The notes below the pieces were generated by a model that saw only the letters and a list, made by a program, of their open reading frames with translations, was not told the origin of the DNA and did no database searches. Positions 31,685 through 32,000 of a stretch of DNA of 32,000 bases are shown piece by piece; positions within the stretch are counted from its first letter, which is position 1, and the number at the start of each line of letters is the position of its first letter. The position numbers were made by a program, and so were the translations under genes. This stretch comes from a cyanobacterium endosymbiont of Epithemia turgida isolate EtSB Lake Yunoko (GTDB lineage Bacteria; Cyanobacteriota; Cyanobacteriia; Cyanobacteriales; Microcystaceae): positions 1,980,001-2,012,000 of the forward strand of contig NZ_AP012549.1 in NCBI RefSeq assembly GCF_000829235.1, read 5' to 3'.

Positions 31685-32000
31685 CTTTAATATAATTTAT
31701 CGCTCTTAATTCTTTGATTCACTACTGTTATGAAATTTTTATTGTATGTATATTGTTTAATAAATCAAAATACTTCTATTTAATCAAAATTTTGATAATC
31801 AGTAATGAAGATTGATTGTAAACTTAAAATCTTATTTGTTTAACTACGTCGAACATTTAAGTACATCAGGAAAAATCTAGTTAAAATTTTTAGTTTAGCA
31901 TGCATGGTTTAATTTGGATATAAAATCTGTTATAATACCATATAATAGCGATTATGTTTTTTTATAAGTTTATTGTTCGAGATTAAACTCTGTCTTTATA

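Overview
This looks like a chromosomal segment of an AT-rich cyanobacterium. Support: cyanobacteria-typical DUF3148 and DUF2993 proteins, one perfect HIP1 octamer GCGATCGC at 1344-1351, and a heptamer tandem repeat. I accept 18 intact CDS. Most are housekeeping genes: pheT, rimK plus an AstE/AspA-family deacylase, lipA, larE-like, a YegS-like lipid kinase, ligA, dienelactone hydrolase, a permease, cinA, pyrR, an MnmC-like methyltransferase, metK and cysK. The other three are conserved or hypothetical proteins. There is also one tRNA-Pro(CGG) and one clearly eroded ankyrin-repeat pseudogene. These features sum to about 17.5 kb, roughly 55% of the window. The rest is extremely AT-rich spacer DNA of 0.8-2.3 kb with no credible ORFs. 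I found no CRISPR array, transposase, integrase, prophage, toxin-antitoxin pair, defence island or biosynthetic cluster, and I do not see a coherent novel multi-gene system. The unexplained content is non-coding: (1) the deserts themselves; (2) several long perfect inverted repeats confined to them (23-bp arms at 11751-11825, a 40-bp perfect palindrome at 31503-31542, a branched hairpin at 26203-26262 upstream of pyrR, 18-bp arms at 3108-3151); (3) a heptamer tandem repeat; (4) gene relics. No organism can be assigned from sequence alone. The low coding density resembles known low-density cyanobacterial genomes (Trichodesmium, Richelia, diatom spheroid bodies), which is an inference only.
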